DNA of 64,000 nucleotides, from the NCBI RefSeq assembly GCF_052114865.1, contig NZ_JBFRFO010000008.1, positions 210,583 to 274,582 of the forward strand, in the 5' to 3' direction. The notes beneath the pieces are model-generated. The model was not told the origin of the DNA. It ran no database searches and was given only the letters and a program-made list of their open reading frames with translations. The translations under genes were made by a program, and so were the position numbers. Source of the DNA: Hyphomicrobium sp. 2TAF46 (GTDB lineage: Bacteria; Pseudomonadota; Alphaproteobacteria; Rhizobiales; Hyphomicrobiaceae). Positions 9,440 through 20,239 of this stretch are shown here, one piece after another; position 1 is the stretch's first letter, and each line of letters starts with the position of its first letter.

Positions 9440-10470
9440 CGATGTCACGTTCGAAAGTCCTGTACATTGACGATGATGCCGGCATCTCGCGGCTCATTCA
9501 AAAGACTCTCGAGGCGCGTGGCTTCGAAGTGGTTACCGCACCGTCGGGCACGGAAGGCTTGGCGCTTCTCACGCACACGCGCTTCGACATTGTCGCGCTG
9601 GACCATCACATGCCCGGACACACGGGTCTCGAAATTCTGAGAAGCATTCGCGCGCTCTCCAACCCTCCGCCGGTTGTCTACGTGACGGGATCGGAAGACA
9701 GTCACATCGCTGTCACCGCCCTCAAGTCCGGCGCCGTGGACTACGTCTGGAAGGACGTTCAGGGCCATTTCCGCGAGCTGCTCGCGAAGGCCATCGCAAC
9801 GGCGCTGGATCAGGAAAAGCTTCGCCGCGAGAAGGAAGCGGCCGACAACGAGGTGCGCCTCGCGCGCGATCGGGCCGAACTGTTGCTCAAGGAGGTGAAC
9901 CATCGCGTCGCCAATTCGCTTGCGATTGTGGCGGGTCTCGTCGGACTTCAGCGCAATTCGATCCGCGATACGTCGGCACGGGATCTTCTCGCTCGCGTGC
10001 AGGCGAGGATCATCGCCATAGCAAGCGTCCATCGCCGCCTTTATACGTCTCCTGATGTGCGCAGCGTCGACGTATGCGACTACCTGGACGGGCTCGTCGA
10101 AGATCTGAAAGCAGCGATGACGGACGAGGGGCGAAACCATCCCATCCGGCTCGATTGTATGAAAGTGCTTCTTCCAACCGACAAAGCCGTTTCGCTCGGG
10201 ATCATTACGACCGAGCTTGTTACGAATGCCTACAAATATGCATATCCCGAAGGTCGCGAGGGCGAGATCCGCATCAGCCTCACGACGGAAAACGGGCGAG
10301 GCCTCCTCGCCGTCGAAGACGATGGCGTCGGCCTGGAGGCGCAGGCGTCGGCAGGAGGGACCGGTCTCGGATCGAAGGTTATCGCCTCGATGGCGTTGAA
10401 CCTCGGTGGCGAGCTGAAGTTTGCGACAGTCGCGCAAGGAACGCGCGCCACGCTCTCATTCCCGCTATGA
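9436..10470 (+). CDS. receiver domain fused to HisKA_2-type histidine kinase
   Basis: N-terminal REC (VLYIDDD...IVALDHHMPG), then H-box EVNHRVANSLAIVAGLV typical of HisKA_2/HWE kinases, and a C-terminal ATPase (GTGLGSKVI). Start overlaps previous gene. Confidence 0.8.
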   Translation: MTMSRSKVLYIDDDAGISRLIQKTLEARGFEVVTAPSGTEGLALLTHTRFDIVALDHHMPGHTGLEILRSIRALSNPPPVVYVTGSEDSHIAVTALKSGAVDYVWKDVQGHFRELLAKAIATALDQEKLRREKEAADNEVRLARDRAELLLKEVNHRVANSLAIVAGLVGLQRNSIRDTSARDLLARVQARIIAIASVHRRLYTSPDVRSVDVCDYLDGLVEDLKAAMTDEGRNHPIRLDCMKVLLPTDKAVSLGIITTELVTNAYKYAYPEGREGEIRISLTTENGRGLLAVEDDGVGLEAQASAGGTGLGSKVIASMALNLGGELKFATVAQGTRATLSFPL

Positions 10471-10809
10471 AATGATGGACGTCAACACACGTTGCACGTC
10501 TTCAAAAATGTAGGGCTTGTTGATCATAGGACGTTGCTTGAAGCCGTCCGGCAAGGAACCCGGGCCGCGCCCAGTGGCGAATGCGAAGGGAATTCCTGCG
10601 TTCGCAAGGGCCTTTGCAACCGGTGCGCTGTCTTCATGTCCAAGCAAGCAATCGAGGATGGCACACGTTGGGCGTTCGCCATCCACGAGCGCGAGAGCCT
10701 GCGCGACCGTCGCCGCGGGCCCGATTGATTGATACCCCATCTCTTCGATGTACATAGCCAGCAGCTCTGCGATCAGAGCCTCGTCTTCGACGATCAGAAT
10801 GCGCGCCAA
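10465..10809 (-). CDS. single-domain response regulator (receiver)
   Basis: MARILIVEDEALIAELL...CAILDCLLG...KP. Immediately downstream of the PAS kinase on the same strand. Confidence 0.75.
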   Translation of the reverse strand: MARILIVEDEALIAELLAMYIEEMGYQSIGPAATVAQALALVDGERPTCAILDCLLGHEDSAPVAKALANAGIPFAFATGRGPGSLPDGFKQRPMINKPYIFEDVQRVLTSIIS

Positions 10810-10839
10810 CTGTTCAGCTCTCGCTTGCTCGATCCGGGG

Positions 10840-13233
10840 TCATTTGTCTTTGTCCGTCTTCACCGCGCGGAGCCTCTTGGCGTCTTGCAGATCCACCAGA
10901 TTTTGATCGCTTAAGCTTTCGCTGCGCGCGTGCAATAGCTTTTGCATGGCGCGGTCGAGTTCAGCGATCTGATACGGCTTTTGCAGCGTGGTGAAGTGGT
11001 TTTGTGCCTCTTCAACCCGCTTGTTGGAGCCGCTCGCGAGCAGCACGGGAAGCGTCGGCCATGTGCGCCGGATGTATTTGGCAAACTCCAATCCATCCAA
11101 TTTGCCAGGCATCATGATATCGCTGAAGACCAGATCGAATGCTTCCTGTTCGAGAATGCGCTGCGCTGCGTCCGTATTACTCGCCAGCCGGATCGTATAG
11201 CCGAGCTGCGTGACAAGTGCGGCCGTGACCTCGGTTACGTCGGGGTTGTCCTCGATGATCAGAACCCGTGCATGCTTGCGTTCGGCGGGTTGATCCTTTG
11301 CGCCCGTTGCCGTCTGGCCTTGAGGAAGCGCCCGCGGCAGCACGATGGTAACGCTCGTTCCCTTCCCAATTTCGCTGTCGATCGAGACCATGCCGCCGGA
11401 TTGGTGCGCGAAGCCGTAAACCTGCGAAAGACCGAGGCCCGTCCCCTTGCCGGTGGCCTTGGTCGTAAAGAACGGATCGAAGACCTTGTCGATGACGTCC
11501 TTGGGAATTCCGGCGCCCGTGTCGGAAATGCTGAGCGCCACGAATTCTCCTTCCAGTCCTTCTCCACTCTCGTCGCGCGATAGCGTGACGTTGTCGGCGG
11601 TTATGGTGATGGTGCCGCCCGATTGTAGCGCATCGCGCGCATTCAGAATGAGGTTCATGAGTGCGAGTTCGAGTTCGTTCGCGTCGGACATGATCATCCA
11701 CGTGCCCGGCAGCACGGCGTTGATGAGATGCGTATTGCTCGGCAGCGAAGTCGCGAGCATGGATTGCAGGCCCGGGAGGCGCTCCTCGAGCGAAATCGGT
11801 TGCGGCTCCAGTCGCTGCATGCGCGAGAACCCGAGGAGCTGCCGTGTCAATGAAGCACCGCGCTGGACGGTTGCGTCGATACTTTCAATGGCCTTGGTTC
11901 CGCGCGGGCTCATTACCTGGGATTTAAGAATGCGTGCGTGCCCGCCAACGATCGTCAGCAGATTGTTGAAATCGTGCGCGATGCCGCCAGTCAGCTGACC
12001 CAAGGCCTCCATTTTTTGCGCGTGCGCAAGCTGCTGTTGCGCGCGCTCGAGCGCAATCTGCGCATCGCGCCGTTCGCTGATGTCGCGCGTGATCTTGGCA
12101 AAGCCAACGAGATGTCCGCTTTCGTCACGGATCGCATCGAGAACCACGTTCGCCCAGAATCGAGTGCCGTCCTTGCGAATGCGCCAGCCCTCGCCCTCGA
12201 AGCGGCCTTCGTTGCCAGCTGTGAAGAGCGCCCGCGCCGGCATGCCGGTGAGGCGGTCTTCCTCGCTGTAAAATCGCGAGAAGTGGCTGCCGATGATCTC
12301 TTCGGCTCGATAGCCCTTTATCTTTTCGGCGCCCGCATTCCAGCTGACGACGACCCCATTCGGATCAAGCATGAAGAGGGCATAATCGATAACGGCGGAG
12401 ACGAGCATGCGAAACTGCCGCTCGCTTTCGCGCAGGGCTTCTTGCGCGCTTCGGCGTTCCGTGATGTCCCGTGTAATTTTGGCAAATCCGATGAGATCGC
12501 CGGTTTCGTTGCGAATGGGTTCGATGACGACCGACGCCCAGAAGCGGCCGCCGTCCTTGCGCAGGCGCCAACCCTCGGTTTCGAACTTGCCTTCGCGACG
12601 GGCCGTTTCGAGCGCTATCGCCGGCAGACCGCGCGAACGGTCTTCCTTTGTGTAGAACCTGCTGAAATGGCTGCCTACGACCTCATCGGCGCTGAAACCT
12701 TTGATACGCGCCGCACCTGCATTCCAATTGGTGATCACACCACTTGGATCGAGCATGTAGATGGCATAGTCGACGACGCTATCGACGAGTAGGCGAAAGC
12801 GCCGTTCGCTCTCGATGAGCGCTTGGTGCCCTTCATGCTGGTCCGTGATGTCGCGTGTGACCTTGCCGAACCCAAGAAGCGTACCCTTCTCATCCCGGAT
12901 CGCTTCGATGACAGAGAGAGCCCAAATCTTCTTTCCATCTTTGCGAACGAGCCAACCTTCGGTCTCGTATCGCCCGACGCCGCGTGCAATCGAAAGTATC
13001 TTCTGAGGTAGCTCCCGCTGCTGATCATCCTCGGAAAAGAAGCGCGAGAAGTGTTGTCCGATGACTTCGTGCGCGTCATAGCCTTGGATCCGCCGCGCAC
13101 CGGCATTCCAGGTGGCGATGAAGCCATCCGGATCGATCATATAGATGGCATAGTCACTGAGAGTCTGAACCAGGAGTTCGAACTGTTGGCCGCGATCGAA
13201 CTGACGAGCTTTGGCACTATCGGAAAGCGACAT
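10840..13233 (-). CDS. hybrid sensor histidine kinase with three tandem PAS domains and C-terminal receiver
   Basis: Three repeats of about 125 aa (…WNAGA..I.G….E..G.HFSRF…EGW..RKDG..FWA.VV.…I.D..G.L.GF.K.TRDI…). H-box [11 protein letters not shown], HATPase (DTGAGIP, GTGLGLS), REC ([10 protein letters not shown]…FSDIMMPG). Confidence 0.85.
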   Translation of the reverse strand: MSLSDSAKARQFDRGQQFELLVQTLSDYAIYMIDPDGFIATWNAGARRIQGYDAHEVIGQHFSRFFSEDDQQRELPQKILSIARGVGRYETEGWLVRKDGKKIWALSVIEAIRDEKGTLLGFGKVTRDITDQHEGHQALIESERRFRLLVDSVVDYAIYMLDPSGVITNWNAGAARIKGFSADEVVGSHFSRFYTKEDRSRGLPAIALETARREGKFETEGWRLRKDGGRFWASVVIEPIRNETGDLIGFAKITRDITERRSAQEALRESERQFRMLVSAVIDYALFMLDPNGVVVSWNAGAEKIKGYRAEEIIGSHFSRFYSEEDRLTGMPARALFTAGNEGRFEGEGWRIRKDGTRFWANVVLDAIRDESGHLVGFAKITRDISERRDAQIALERAQQQLAHAQKMEALGQLTGGIAHDFNNLLTIVGGHARILKSQVMSPRGTKAIESIDATVQRGASLTRQLLGFSRMQRLEPQPISLEERLPGLQSMLATSLPSNTHLINAVLPGTWMIMSDANELELALMNLILNARDALQSGGTITITADNVTLSRDESGEGLEGEFVALSISDTGAGIPKDVIDKVFDPFFTTKATGKGTGLGLSQVYGFAHQSGGMVSIDSEIGKGTSVTIVLPRALPQGQTATGAKDQPAERKHARVLIIEDNPDVTEVTAALVTQLGYTIRLASNTDAAQRILEQEAFDLVFSDIMMPGKLDGLEFAKYIRRTWPTLPVLLASGSNKRVEEAQNHFTTLQKPYQIAELDRAMQKLLHARSESLSDQNLVDLQDAKRLRAVKTDKDK

Positions 13234-13517
13234 GGACGATTACTCGATTTCTGCAAGCAATCGGGGTACTGGCAGGGCTTGCGTAGATAGTAAAGCATAC
13301 CATAGTCTCGCTTGAGCCGGAATGCAGCTGGATTTGCTGTCTACCTTATCCCGACCGTCGAATTTCCGGACCGCTATATCGTCTTAAGAGATACCCGCAC
13401 GCGGGAACTGAAACAGCCTGACGCCATTTACGTGTCCGCGGGCAAAAAAGGAGACCTCCAATCGAACCGGCGCCTGCAGGAAAAGGCGAAGTCCTGGTAC
13501 CGCGCTCCATACTCGTT

Positions 13518-13877
13518 GTGGAGGATGAGGTTCTCATTCGGCTGCACCTCGCCGAAGAGCTGCGCGACGCTGGATATACGGTGATCGAGGCGGCGGATGG
13601 CCACGAAGCAATGACGTTGCTGACAAGCGTCGAGAGCATCGGTCTCGTGCTAACGGATATTCGAATGCCCGGCAGTATCGATGGCATCGATCTCGCGCGT
13701 TGGGTGCGCGGAAAGTTCCCAGAAATCAAAATTATTCTCGTCTCCGCCGAATATTATTCGGAAACGTTCGCCGAATTCGACGGTGGCTTCACAAAGCCCA
13801 TCCGCATTGGCGACCTTTTGCGTCGCGTGCGCCAGTTGCTGCCACAGGCGGAACAGGGGAGTTCGCCAAGTCGTTAA
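13518..13877 (+). CDS. single-domain response regulator (receiver), start codon uncertain
   Basis: VLTDIRMPGSIDGIDL…ILVSA receiver motifs. The receiver beta-1 strand (SILVVEDE) lies upstream of the first GTG/ATG. The frame is open from 13422 but holds no canonical start before GTG 13518. Confidence 0.6.
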   Translation: MEDEVLIRLHLAEELRDAGYTVIEAADGHEAMTLLTSVESIGLVLTDIRMPGSIDGIDLARWVRGKFPEIKIILVSAEYYSETFAEFDGGFTKPIRIGDLLRRVRQLLPQAEQGSSPSR

Positions 13878-13880
13878 GGC

Positions 13881-14300
13881 TTGGTGACTGGATCAGATAC
13901 AAAAAATCCGGGCCCGGCGACGGTCCTCATCGTCGAAGACACCGTGCTTGTTCGCCTAGCGATCGCTGCGTATCTTCGCGATTGCGGTTACCGCGTCATC
14001 GAAGCTGCAAGCAGCGATGAAGCGATTCTCGTTCTGCAGCAAAGTGCGACAACGATCGACATTCTGTTCAGTGATGCGGACGTCGCGGGCGCGCTCGACG
14101 CATTTTCCCTTTGCCAGTGGTCGCGAAAAAATCGGCCAGAGACCAAGATTGTCATGGCCGCATCTCCAAAGGGCGCTGCGGTAGCCGCTGGCAAACTTTG
14201 CGAAGAAGGTCCCTATTTGGCCAAACCTTATGAGCCTCAAGCCGTCGAAGATTATATTCGCCGGCTACTCGCCCTTCAAAGCATTGAAGAGTCGAGTTAG
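13881..14300 (+). CDS. receiver-like domain protein (atypical)
   Basis: ATVLIVEDTVLVRL…ILFSDADVAG…LAKPY. Acidic pocket and Lys present but the usual D-x-x-MP motif is replaced. TTG/GTG start. Confidence 0.55.
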   Translation: MVTGSDTKNPGPATVLIVEDTVLVRLAIAAYLRDCGYRVIEAASSDEAILVLQQSATTIDILFSDADVAGALDAFSLCQWSRKNRPETKIVMAASPKGAAVAAGKLCEEGPYLAKPYEPQAVEDYIRRLLALQSIEESS

Positions 14301-14536
14301 GGCGTACGATCGGTCTCCCGAAGCCGGGTTATTCTAGGCGTTGATTGTCGGCGATCATTGTACCGATGATGGCAAATGTACTGGCAAAACGCGGAATTCA
14401 TTAAGCCATACCATCTTTAGATATCGCTACGCGGGCACCGCGCGGATATCGATGTCATCTTCATAGTCATCCACTTTCTGTCGAAGCGGAAGCACACATC
14501 AAGCCGGAAGTGTTTCCCTCCCGCGGAGGACGAATT

Positions 14537-15580
14537 ATGAAAAATGCAAAAAATACATATCGCTTTCAGTTGGAAAAGGAGCCGCCCAGTCACGTCAAGC
14601 CTGGCGGATCGACCCGCGAAGCTTCTGCGAAGCAATTTCCGATAAGTCAGGGCATCGCCGGCGTCTCGATGCGTCTCGCGCCGGGAGGCATGCGTGAATT
14701 GCACTGGCACGCCAACGCGGGAGAGTGGGGCTATGTCGTTACCGGCAGCGTCCGCACCACCTGCCTGCACCCCGATGGCTCATCGTACATCGATACCTTC
14801 AACCCGGGTGACGTCTGGTTCTTTCCAAGAGGGTTCGGCCATTCGATACAATGCCTCGGCCCCGGCGAAAGCCACTTCATTCTCATCTTCGACAACGGAT
14901 ACTTTTCCGAGGACCACACGTTCAGCATAACCGATTGGCTTTCCCGTACGCCGGTTGATGTGGCCGCGCAAAGCCTAGGAGTTAGTCCGGAGTTCATTGC
15001 CAAGATGCCGAAGGGTGAGGTCTATTTCGCGGGACCTGGCCCGATCCCGAATGATCTCTCGCCATACTCCGCCCCGCGTCACGATCCGGCCCTGCTGACC
15101 ACACATCGCTATCCGCTCATGGCACAGCAGCCGAGGCGAACGCCCGGCGGCGGCACGCAGCGTACCGTCAGCGTCGACGAGTTTCCTATAAGTACCACAA
15201 TGGCAGGATCGGTCCTCGAAATCGAACCGGGAAGCATGCGCGAACTCCACTGGCATCCCGCCGCCGACGAATGGCAGTATTATCTCGAGGGATCGGCGGA
15301 AATGGCGGTTTTCCTTGCCGAAGGCGACGTCGTCATGAACGAATATCAAAAAGGCGATGTGGGTTACGTGCCGATGGGAACGGGCCATTACATCAAGAAC
15401 ACTGGACATGACCTGCTGAAAGTGCTCGTCGGATTCAACAACGGTCACTACCAGTCCAATGATCTGTCTGCATGGATCAGCACAAATCCGATCGATGTCC
15501 TTGCGACAAACCTCAACATACCTTTTGCCGATGCCGAACGGCTGCCGAAGCAGGAGAACTTTTTCATTCGAGGACGATAG
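14537..15580 (+). CDS. bicupin, oxalate decarboxylase/oxidase family
   Basis: Two cupin cores, each with MRELHWH (MRELHWHANAGEWGYVVTG and MRELHWHPAADEWQYYLEG). Strong SD GGAGGA 6 nt before ATG 14537. Confidence 0.7.
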   Translation: MKNAKNTYRFQLEKEPPSHVKPGGSTREASAKQFPISQGIAGVSMRLAPGGMRELHWHANAGEWGYVVTGSVRTTCLHPDGSSYIDTFNPGDVWFFPRGFGHSIQCLGPGESHFILIFDNGYFSEDHTFSITDWLSRTPVDVAAQSLGVSPEFIAKMPKGEVYFAGPGPIPNDLSPYSAPRHDPALLTTHRYPLMAQQPRRTPGGGTQRTVSVDEFPISTTMAGSVLEIEPGSMRELHWHPAADEWQYYLEGSAEMAVFLAEGDVVMNEYQKGDVGYVPMGTGHYIKNTGHDLLKVLVGFNNGHYQSNDLSAWISTNPIDVLATNLNIPFADAERLPKQENFFIRGR

Positions 15581-15678
15581 CGGTGATCAATTCGCGGTGG
15601 GGCTAACCCTCATCGTGACGTGAGCGCTGTGATGCCGAGAAAGTAGAACTTCACATCTAACATGCGTCAGAAACCCAA

Positions 15679-15843
15679 ATGAACTTCCTGATGGACTACG
15701 TAAAGGCGATCGATGTCATAGCGATTATCGCCTGCGTCGCGCTTGCTATCGCTGCATTTGTGCGCCGGGAGAACATCTGGCTCGGCATTCTTGCGGTCGT
15801 CGTCATCATTTGGGCGGCGACGAGACTGCCCGGCTTGGTTTGA
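15679..15843 (+). CDS. candidate 54-aa two-TM small membrane protein
   Basis: MNFLMDYVKAIDVIAIIACVALAIAAFVRRENIWLGILAVVVIIWAATRLPGLV has two hydrophobic helices. Not in ORF track (under 60 aa). SD weak. Confidence 0.3.
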   Translation: MNFLMDYVKAIDVIAIIACVALAIAAFVRRENIWLGILAVVVIIWAATRLPGLV

Positions 15844-16045
15844 ACGCGCTTTGCCGGGAATTGTCGGCGGCATGCGAGAGAATTGGCTGATCGACGCAGC
15901 CGAAAGAGACATTTTCGCCCGGTCTGAACTGGAGCGTCGTGGCGCGCTTATTGCGACCGCACGGCTGACTTGACCATCAGCAAAAAAATCCGTCAGGGTT
16001 GATTTGAAATGAGGCGAACGGAACGGCCTCTCAGAGGAATAGCAT

Positions 16046-18346
16046 TTGGACTCGATCAACACCCGCATTGCCAAGGAACTTAGCGTTCAGACCGCTCAAG
16101 TCAGCGCGGCCGTAGACCTGATCAAAGAAGGCGCGACCGTCCCCTTCATCGCGCGCTACCGCAAAGAAAAGACCGGCGGACTCGATGACACCCAGCTCCG
16201 CAAGCTCGAAGAGCGCCTTGGCTACCTGACCGAACTCGAAGACCGGCGCGCATCGGTGCTGAAGAGCATCAACGAGCAAGGCAAGCTGACGCCGGAATTG
16301 CAGCGCGCGATTTCCACTGCGGACACCAAGGTCGAGCTCGAGGATCTCTACGCACCCTTCAAGCCCAAGCGTCGAACGAAAGCCCAGATCGCGCGTGAGG
16401 CCGGCCTCGAGCCGCTGGCCGATGCGCTCATCGGCAATCCATCGCTGGATCCGGCGAAAGAGGCAGAAAAATATGTCTCTACCGAGAAGGGCGTGAGCGA
16501 CGCCAAGGCCGCGCTTGAAGGCGCGCGTTCCATACTGATCGAGCGCATCGGCGAAGATGCGAAGCTCGTCGGTGATTTGCGCCAGTGGCTGTGGGCGACA
16601 GGCCTCCTCATTTCGAAAGTGCTAAAGGGCAAAGATGCCGAAGGCGCAAAGTTTTCCGACTATTTCGATTTTCGCCAGGCAATCCGCCAAATACCGTCGC
16701 ACCGTGCGTTGGCGCTCTTGCGAGGGCGGAACGAGGGCTTTCTCGACCTTGATCTTGATGTCGAATTGGAGCCGAACCGGCCGCACCCTGCCGAGTCGAA
16801 GATCATGGCCGCTTTCAACATCGCCGAGCGTGGCCGCGCCGCGGATAAGTGGCTGATCGATACCGTCAAACTTGCCTGGAAGACGAAGCTCCACACATCT
16901 CTTGCCGCCGATCTGCTGACGCGGGTGAAGGAGGAGTCTGACACCGCAGCCATCGGCGTCTTCAAGTCCAACCTCAAGGATCTGCTTCTCGCAGCGCCTG
17001 CGGGTTCGCGCGTAACGATGGGCCTCGATCCCGGCATACGTACCGGCGTGAAGGTCGCCGTTGTCGATCAGACCGGCAAGGTTCTCGATACGGCCACCGT
17101 CTATCCGCACGAACCGCGTAACGATTGGAATGGCGCGCTCGCCGCATTGGCCGCGCTGTGCATGAAGCATAAGGTCGACATTATCGCCATCGGCAACGGA
17201 ACAGCCAGTCGTGAAACCGATAAGCTAGCCGCCGATCTGATGAAGAAAATGCCGGATCTGAAGCTGACGAAGGTGATCGTCTCCGAGGCGGGCGCATCGG
17301 TCTATTCCGCATCCGAGATCGGCGCGCGGGAATTTCCGAATCTGGACGTCTCCTTGCGTGGCGCGGTATCTATTGCGCGTCGTCTGCAGGATCCGCTCGC
17401 AGAGCTCGTGAAGATCGAACCGAAAGCCATCGGCGTCGGCCAATACCAGCACGACGTCAACCAGACTGAGCTTGCGCGCTCGCTCGATGCCGTCGTAGAG
17501 GACTGCGTCAACTCGGTCGGCGTTGATGTCAACATGGCCTCTGCGCCACTCCTTGCCCGCGTTGCCGGATTGAACGCCACGATAGCGGCCAATATCGTTC
17601 TGCACCGGGATGAGAACGGCGCCTTCAAGAAGCGCACGGAAATCAAAAAGGTCGCTCGCCTGGGTCCGAAGGCCTACGAGCAGGCAGCGGGCTTCCTGCG
17701 GATCGCGAATGGGCCGAACCCGCTCGATGCATCGGCTGTACATCCCGAAGCTTACGATGTCGTCGAACGCATCGCCACAGAGATGAAGCGGCCCGTCAAG
17801 GCGATGATCGGCGACAGCGCATTCCTGAAATCCCTCAACCCAAAGCAATTCGCTGATGAACGCTTCGGCACACCAACCGTGATCGACATTCTGGCCGAGC
17901 TTGAAAAGCCCGGTCGCGATCCGCGTCCCGAGTTCAAGACGGCCGAATTTAAGGAGGGCGTCGAGAAAATCGCGGATTTGCGCCCCGGCATGATGCTCGA
18001 AGGTGTCGTGACGAACGTGACGGCATTCGGCGCCTTCGTCGATGTTGGTGTGCATCAAGATGGATTGGTGCACGTATCCGAGCTTGCAGATAAATTCGTG
18101 AAGGATCCACGCGACATCGTGAAGGCGGGAGACGTGGTGAAGGTCCGCGTGAAGGACGTCGACGTCGATCGCAAGCGCATCGCGCTCACAATGAAATCCG
18201 GAGCGGTTGAAAGCCATCCGCCTGTGCGCGAAAGGGGTGCCGATATTCGGCGTTCAAACGTCCAGGCGTCGAGTTCTAAGAGCCAGGAGGGAGAGTCGGC
18301 TCTTGCGGCCGCGCTCCGCCGCGCACGAGAAGCCGGGAAGAGTTGA
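16046..18346 (+). CDS. tex: Tex-like transcription accessory protein
   Basis: Tex N-terminal helix-turn-helix region, YqgF/RuvC-like core ([12 protein letters not shown]), HhH, and C-terminal S1 domain ([33 protein letters not shown]). TTG start with GAGGAA SD. Confidence 0.9.
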   Translation: MDSINTRIAKELSVQTAQVSAAVDLIKEGATVPFIARYRKEKTGGLDDTQLRKLEERLGYLTELEDRRASVLKSINEQGKLTPELQRAISTADTKVELEDLYAPFKPKRRTKAQIAREAGLEPLADALIGNPSLDPAKEAEKYVSTEKGVSDAKAALEGARSILIERIGEDAKLVGDLRQWLWATGLLISKVLKGKDAEGAKFSDYFDFRQAIRQIPSHRALALLRGRNEGFLDLDLDVELEPNRPHPAESKIMAAFNIAERGRAADKWLIDTVKLAWKTKLHTSLAADLLTRVKEESDTAAIGVFKSNLKDLLLAAPAGSRVTMGLDPGIRTGVKVAVVDQTGKVLDTATVYPHEPRNDWNGALAALAALCMKHKVDIIAIGNGTASRETDKLAADLMKKMPDLKLTKVIVSEAGASVYSASEIGAREFPNLDVSLRGAVSIARRLQDPLAELVKIEPKAIGVGQYQHDVNQTELARSLDAVVEDCVNSVGVDVNMASAPLLARVAGLNATIAANIVLHRDENGAFKKRTEIKKVARLGPKAYEQAAGFLRIANGPNPLDASAVHPEAYDVVERIATEMKRPVKAMIGDSAFLKSLNPKQFADERFGTPTVIDILAELEKPGRDPRPEFKTAEFKEGVEKIADLRPGMMLEGVVTNVTAFGAFVDVGVHQDGLVHVSELADKFVKDPRDIVKAGDVVKVRVKDVDVDRKRIALTMKSGAVESHPPVRERGADIRRSNVQASSSKSQEGESALAAALRRAREAGKS

Positions 18347-18379
18347 AGGCCGCAGAGACACCGCTCTGCTCACGCCAAA

Positions 18380-19159
18380 TCAAAAAATGCCTTCGCTGTG
18401 CTCTGCGACGTAAGCTGCAAGGCCCAGCGTGTGGTCGCGCGCCAATTTTTCGGCGAGTTCCGTCTCACGTCTTTCCAAAGCTTCGATGATGCCGAGGTGA
18501 TCTTCAATCGACCGCGCGGCGCGATGGTCCCGGCCAATCGTAATCTGCCTTATCCCCCGCACGTGCAGCACCAGGTTCTCCGTCATCTCAGCGAGGAGGG
18601 GAGAGCCCGTCAGTTCAATCATCGTTTGGTGAAAGCGGATATTCGCTGTCGAATATTCACACAGAAAATCCTCTGGCTTGTGGCTTGCGTCGAACTCTTT
18701 GAAAAGTAGCCGAAGCCGTCCGATTTCCTGGTCGCTTGCGCGCTGCGTGATGAGGCGCGCGGCCATGCCCTCGAGTGCGGCCCAGACTTGAATCATCTCG
18801 ACGACTTCGTGCTTGGTCTTCTTGACGACCATAATCCCGCGACGCGGTACCGATTTAACGAAGCCTTGCTGCTCGAGCATAAGTATGGCTTCGCGCACCG
18901 GCGTTCGGCTCACGCCGAGTTTTTCGGACAAGTGACGCTCGTCGATCCAGGCTTGCTCTGGCGAGCTGTAAATGTCCATCTCGATGATTGCGCTCTTGAG
19001 CGCCTTATAGGCTTTCGCCTTGAAGGTTTCTTCTTGCGCGAAAGGCTTGAGGACAAGATCTGGCGTTGCGGTTTGGGATATAGGCCGGCTTGCGCGAGCC
19101 TGGGCTTTCTCAGCCACGATTGTAGTCTCCCGGAACGGACGCGAATTTTCTTGTGCCAT
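18380..19159 (-). CDS. GntR family transcriptional regulator (FCD-type)
   Basis: N-terminal GntR wHTH (SEKLGVSRTPVREAILMLEQQGFV) plus FCD ligand domain. Confidence 0.8.
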   Translation of the reverse strand: MAQENSRPFRETTIVAEKAQARASRPISQTATPDLVLKPFAQEETFKAKAYKALKSAIIEMDIYSSPEQAWIDERHLSEKLGVSRTPVREAILMLEQQGFVKSVPRRGIMVVKKTKHEVVEMIQVWAALEGMAARLITQRASDQEIGRLRLLFKEFDASHKPEDFLCEYSTANIRFHQTMIELTGSPLLAEMTENLVLHVRGIRQITIGRDHRAARSIEDHLGIIEALERRETELAEKLARDHTLGLAAYVAEHSEGIF

Positions 19160-19789
19160 ACTTTAGGCTAAGATCGTGTCATTCCCCAATTACTTCGCTG
19201 TGATCTTTGAGCGGCCGAGTAGCGCAGACGCATAACGGTGGTTCCAAGAGGTTGCTGCATCGCAAGAATTGCGCGACGGCCGGCCAGGACCTACTCCCGA
19301 ATGCCCGTTTCCAACTGCTTAGTCCTTGGAGCGTCGGGCCTCCACCTCGTGCTTATCGGCTCTGAACGAAGAGACGGCGCCGCGGCCTATCGAGAGCGCA
19401 AAATCGAACAAACAATTCCTAAGCAGCGTTTTCAATACGCAGGACGACGTCTGCCCATCCAACTCTTGCTATCTCGATCAGGGCCGCACCGTTCTCGGAG
19501 CCTGCGATATCGTTGGTAACCGTAACTTTGGGATACGCAGTTAAGCAGACGAGGGTCGTCGCAGTTACCGAAGAGAGTTATCGGGCTTAAGGCAGTGGCC
19601 TACGCGCCGGTTCTGGCCGAAATGTCGCCTGCGATCATTGACTCTAAGCGGGCACTTAATAACTTATGGTGCATACGGACGGGATGCGAAGGGCAGCCAC
19701 GCTCCGATTTTCTTGTTTGCTGATTTTTTATAATCCCCAAAGTGCGGCGCTGCGTTGTTGCCGCGCAATCAGTTTCAAGGGAGCGTCTC

Positions 19790-20167
19790 ATGACGGCACC
19801 TTTCCCTGCCTCCCATCTGCGATTGAAACGCGCCTACGAACCGCCGGCGCCTTCTGACGGCGTTCGGATACTCGTTGATCGGCTTTGGCCCCGCGGGGTC
19901 AGTAAAGAAGAGGCGTCGCTTGACGAGTGGGAAAAAGATATTGCGCCGAGCACCGAACTGCGGAAATGGTTTGGCCACGATCCGGCACGCTGGGCGGAAT
20001 TTCAGCGCCGCTACCGAGCCGAGCTTCAACAACACGACGATATCCTGAAGCACATTCGTGCGCTGGCCAAGACGCATACCGTCACCCTCGTTTACAGTGC
20101 GCACGACGAGGAACACAATGATGCCGTTGTCCTGAAGGACGTCCTGCTCGGAGGACGGCATGCCTAA
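19790..20167 (+). CDS. DUF488 family protein
   Basis: LKRAYEPPAPSDGVRILVDRLWPRGVSKEEASLDEWEKDIAPSTELRKWFGHDPARWAEFQRRY matches DUF488. AGGGAG SD before ATG 19790. Confidence 0.7.
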   Translation: MTAPFPASHLRLKRAYEPPAPSDGVRILVDRLWPRGVSKEEASLDEWEKDIAPSTELRKWFGHDPARWAEFQRRYRAELQQHDDILKHIRALAKTHTVTLVYSAHDEEHNDAVVLKDVLLGGRHA

Positions 20168-20239
20168 GTTCGCGTGCTCGTCGTCTCGGAGATTAACAGA
20201 GCCTAGCTTGACACGCGGGTTCGCGAGGAATCCAAACAC

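Noticed and set aside
9445-10437. 330-aa minus-strand ORF
   Set aside because: Fully antisense to the REC-HisKA_2 kinase gene. No recognisable domain.
11938-12792. 284-aa plus-strand ORF (and 11447..11998)
   Set aside because: Antisense to the triple-PAS kinase. Repeated sequence reflects the PAS repeats on the other strand.
14419-14451. Two GATATC palindromes 20 bp apart upstream of the bicupin gene
   Set aside because: Short self-complementary hexamers. Insufficient to call an operator.
17225-18217. 330-aa minus-strand ORF
   Set aside because: Antisense within tex.
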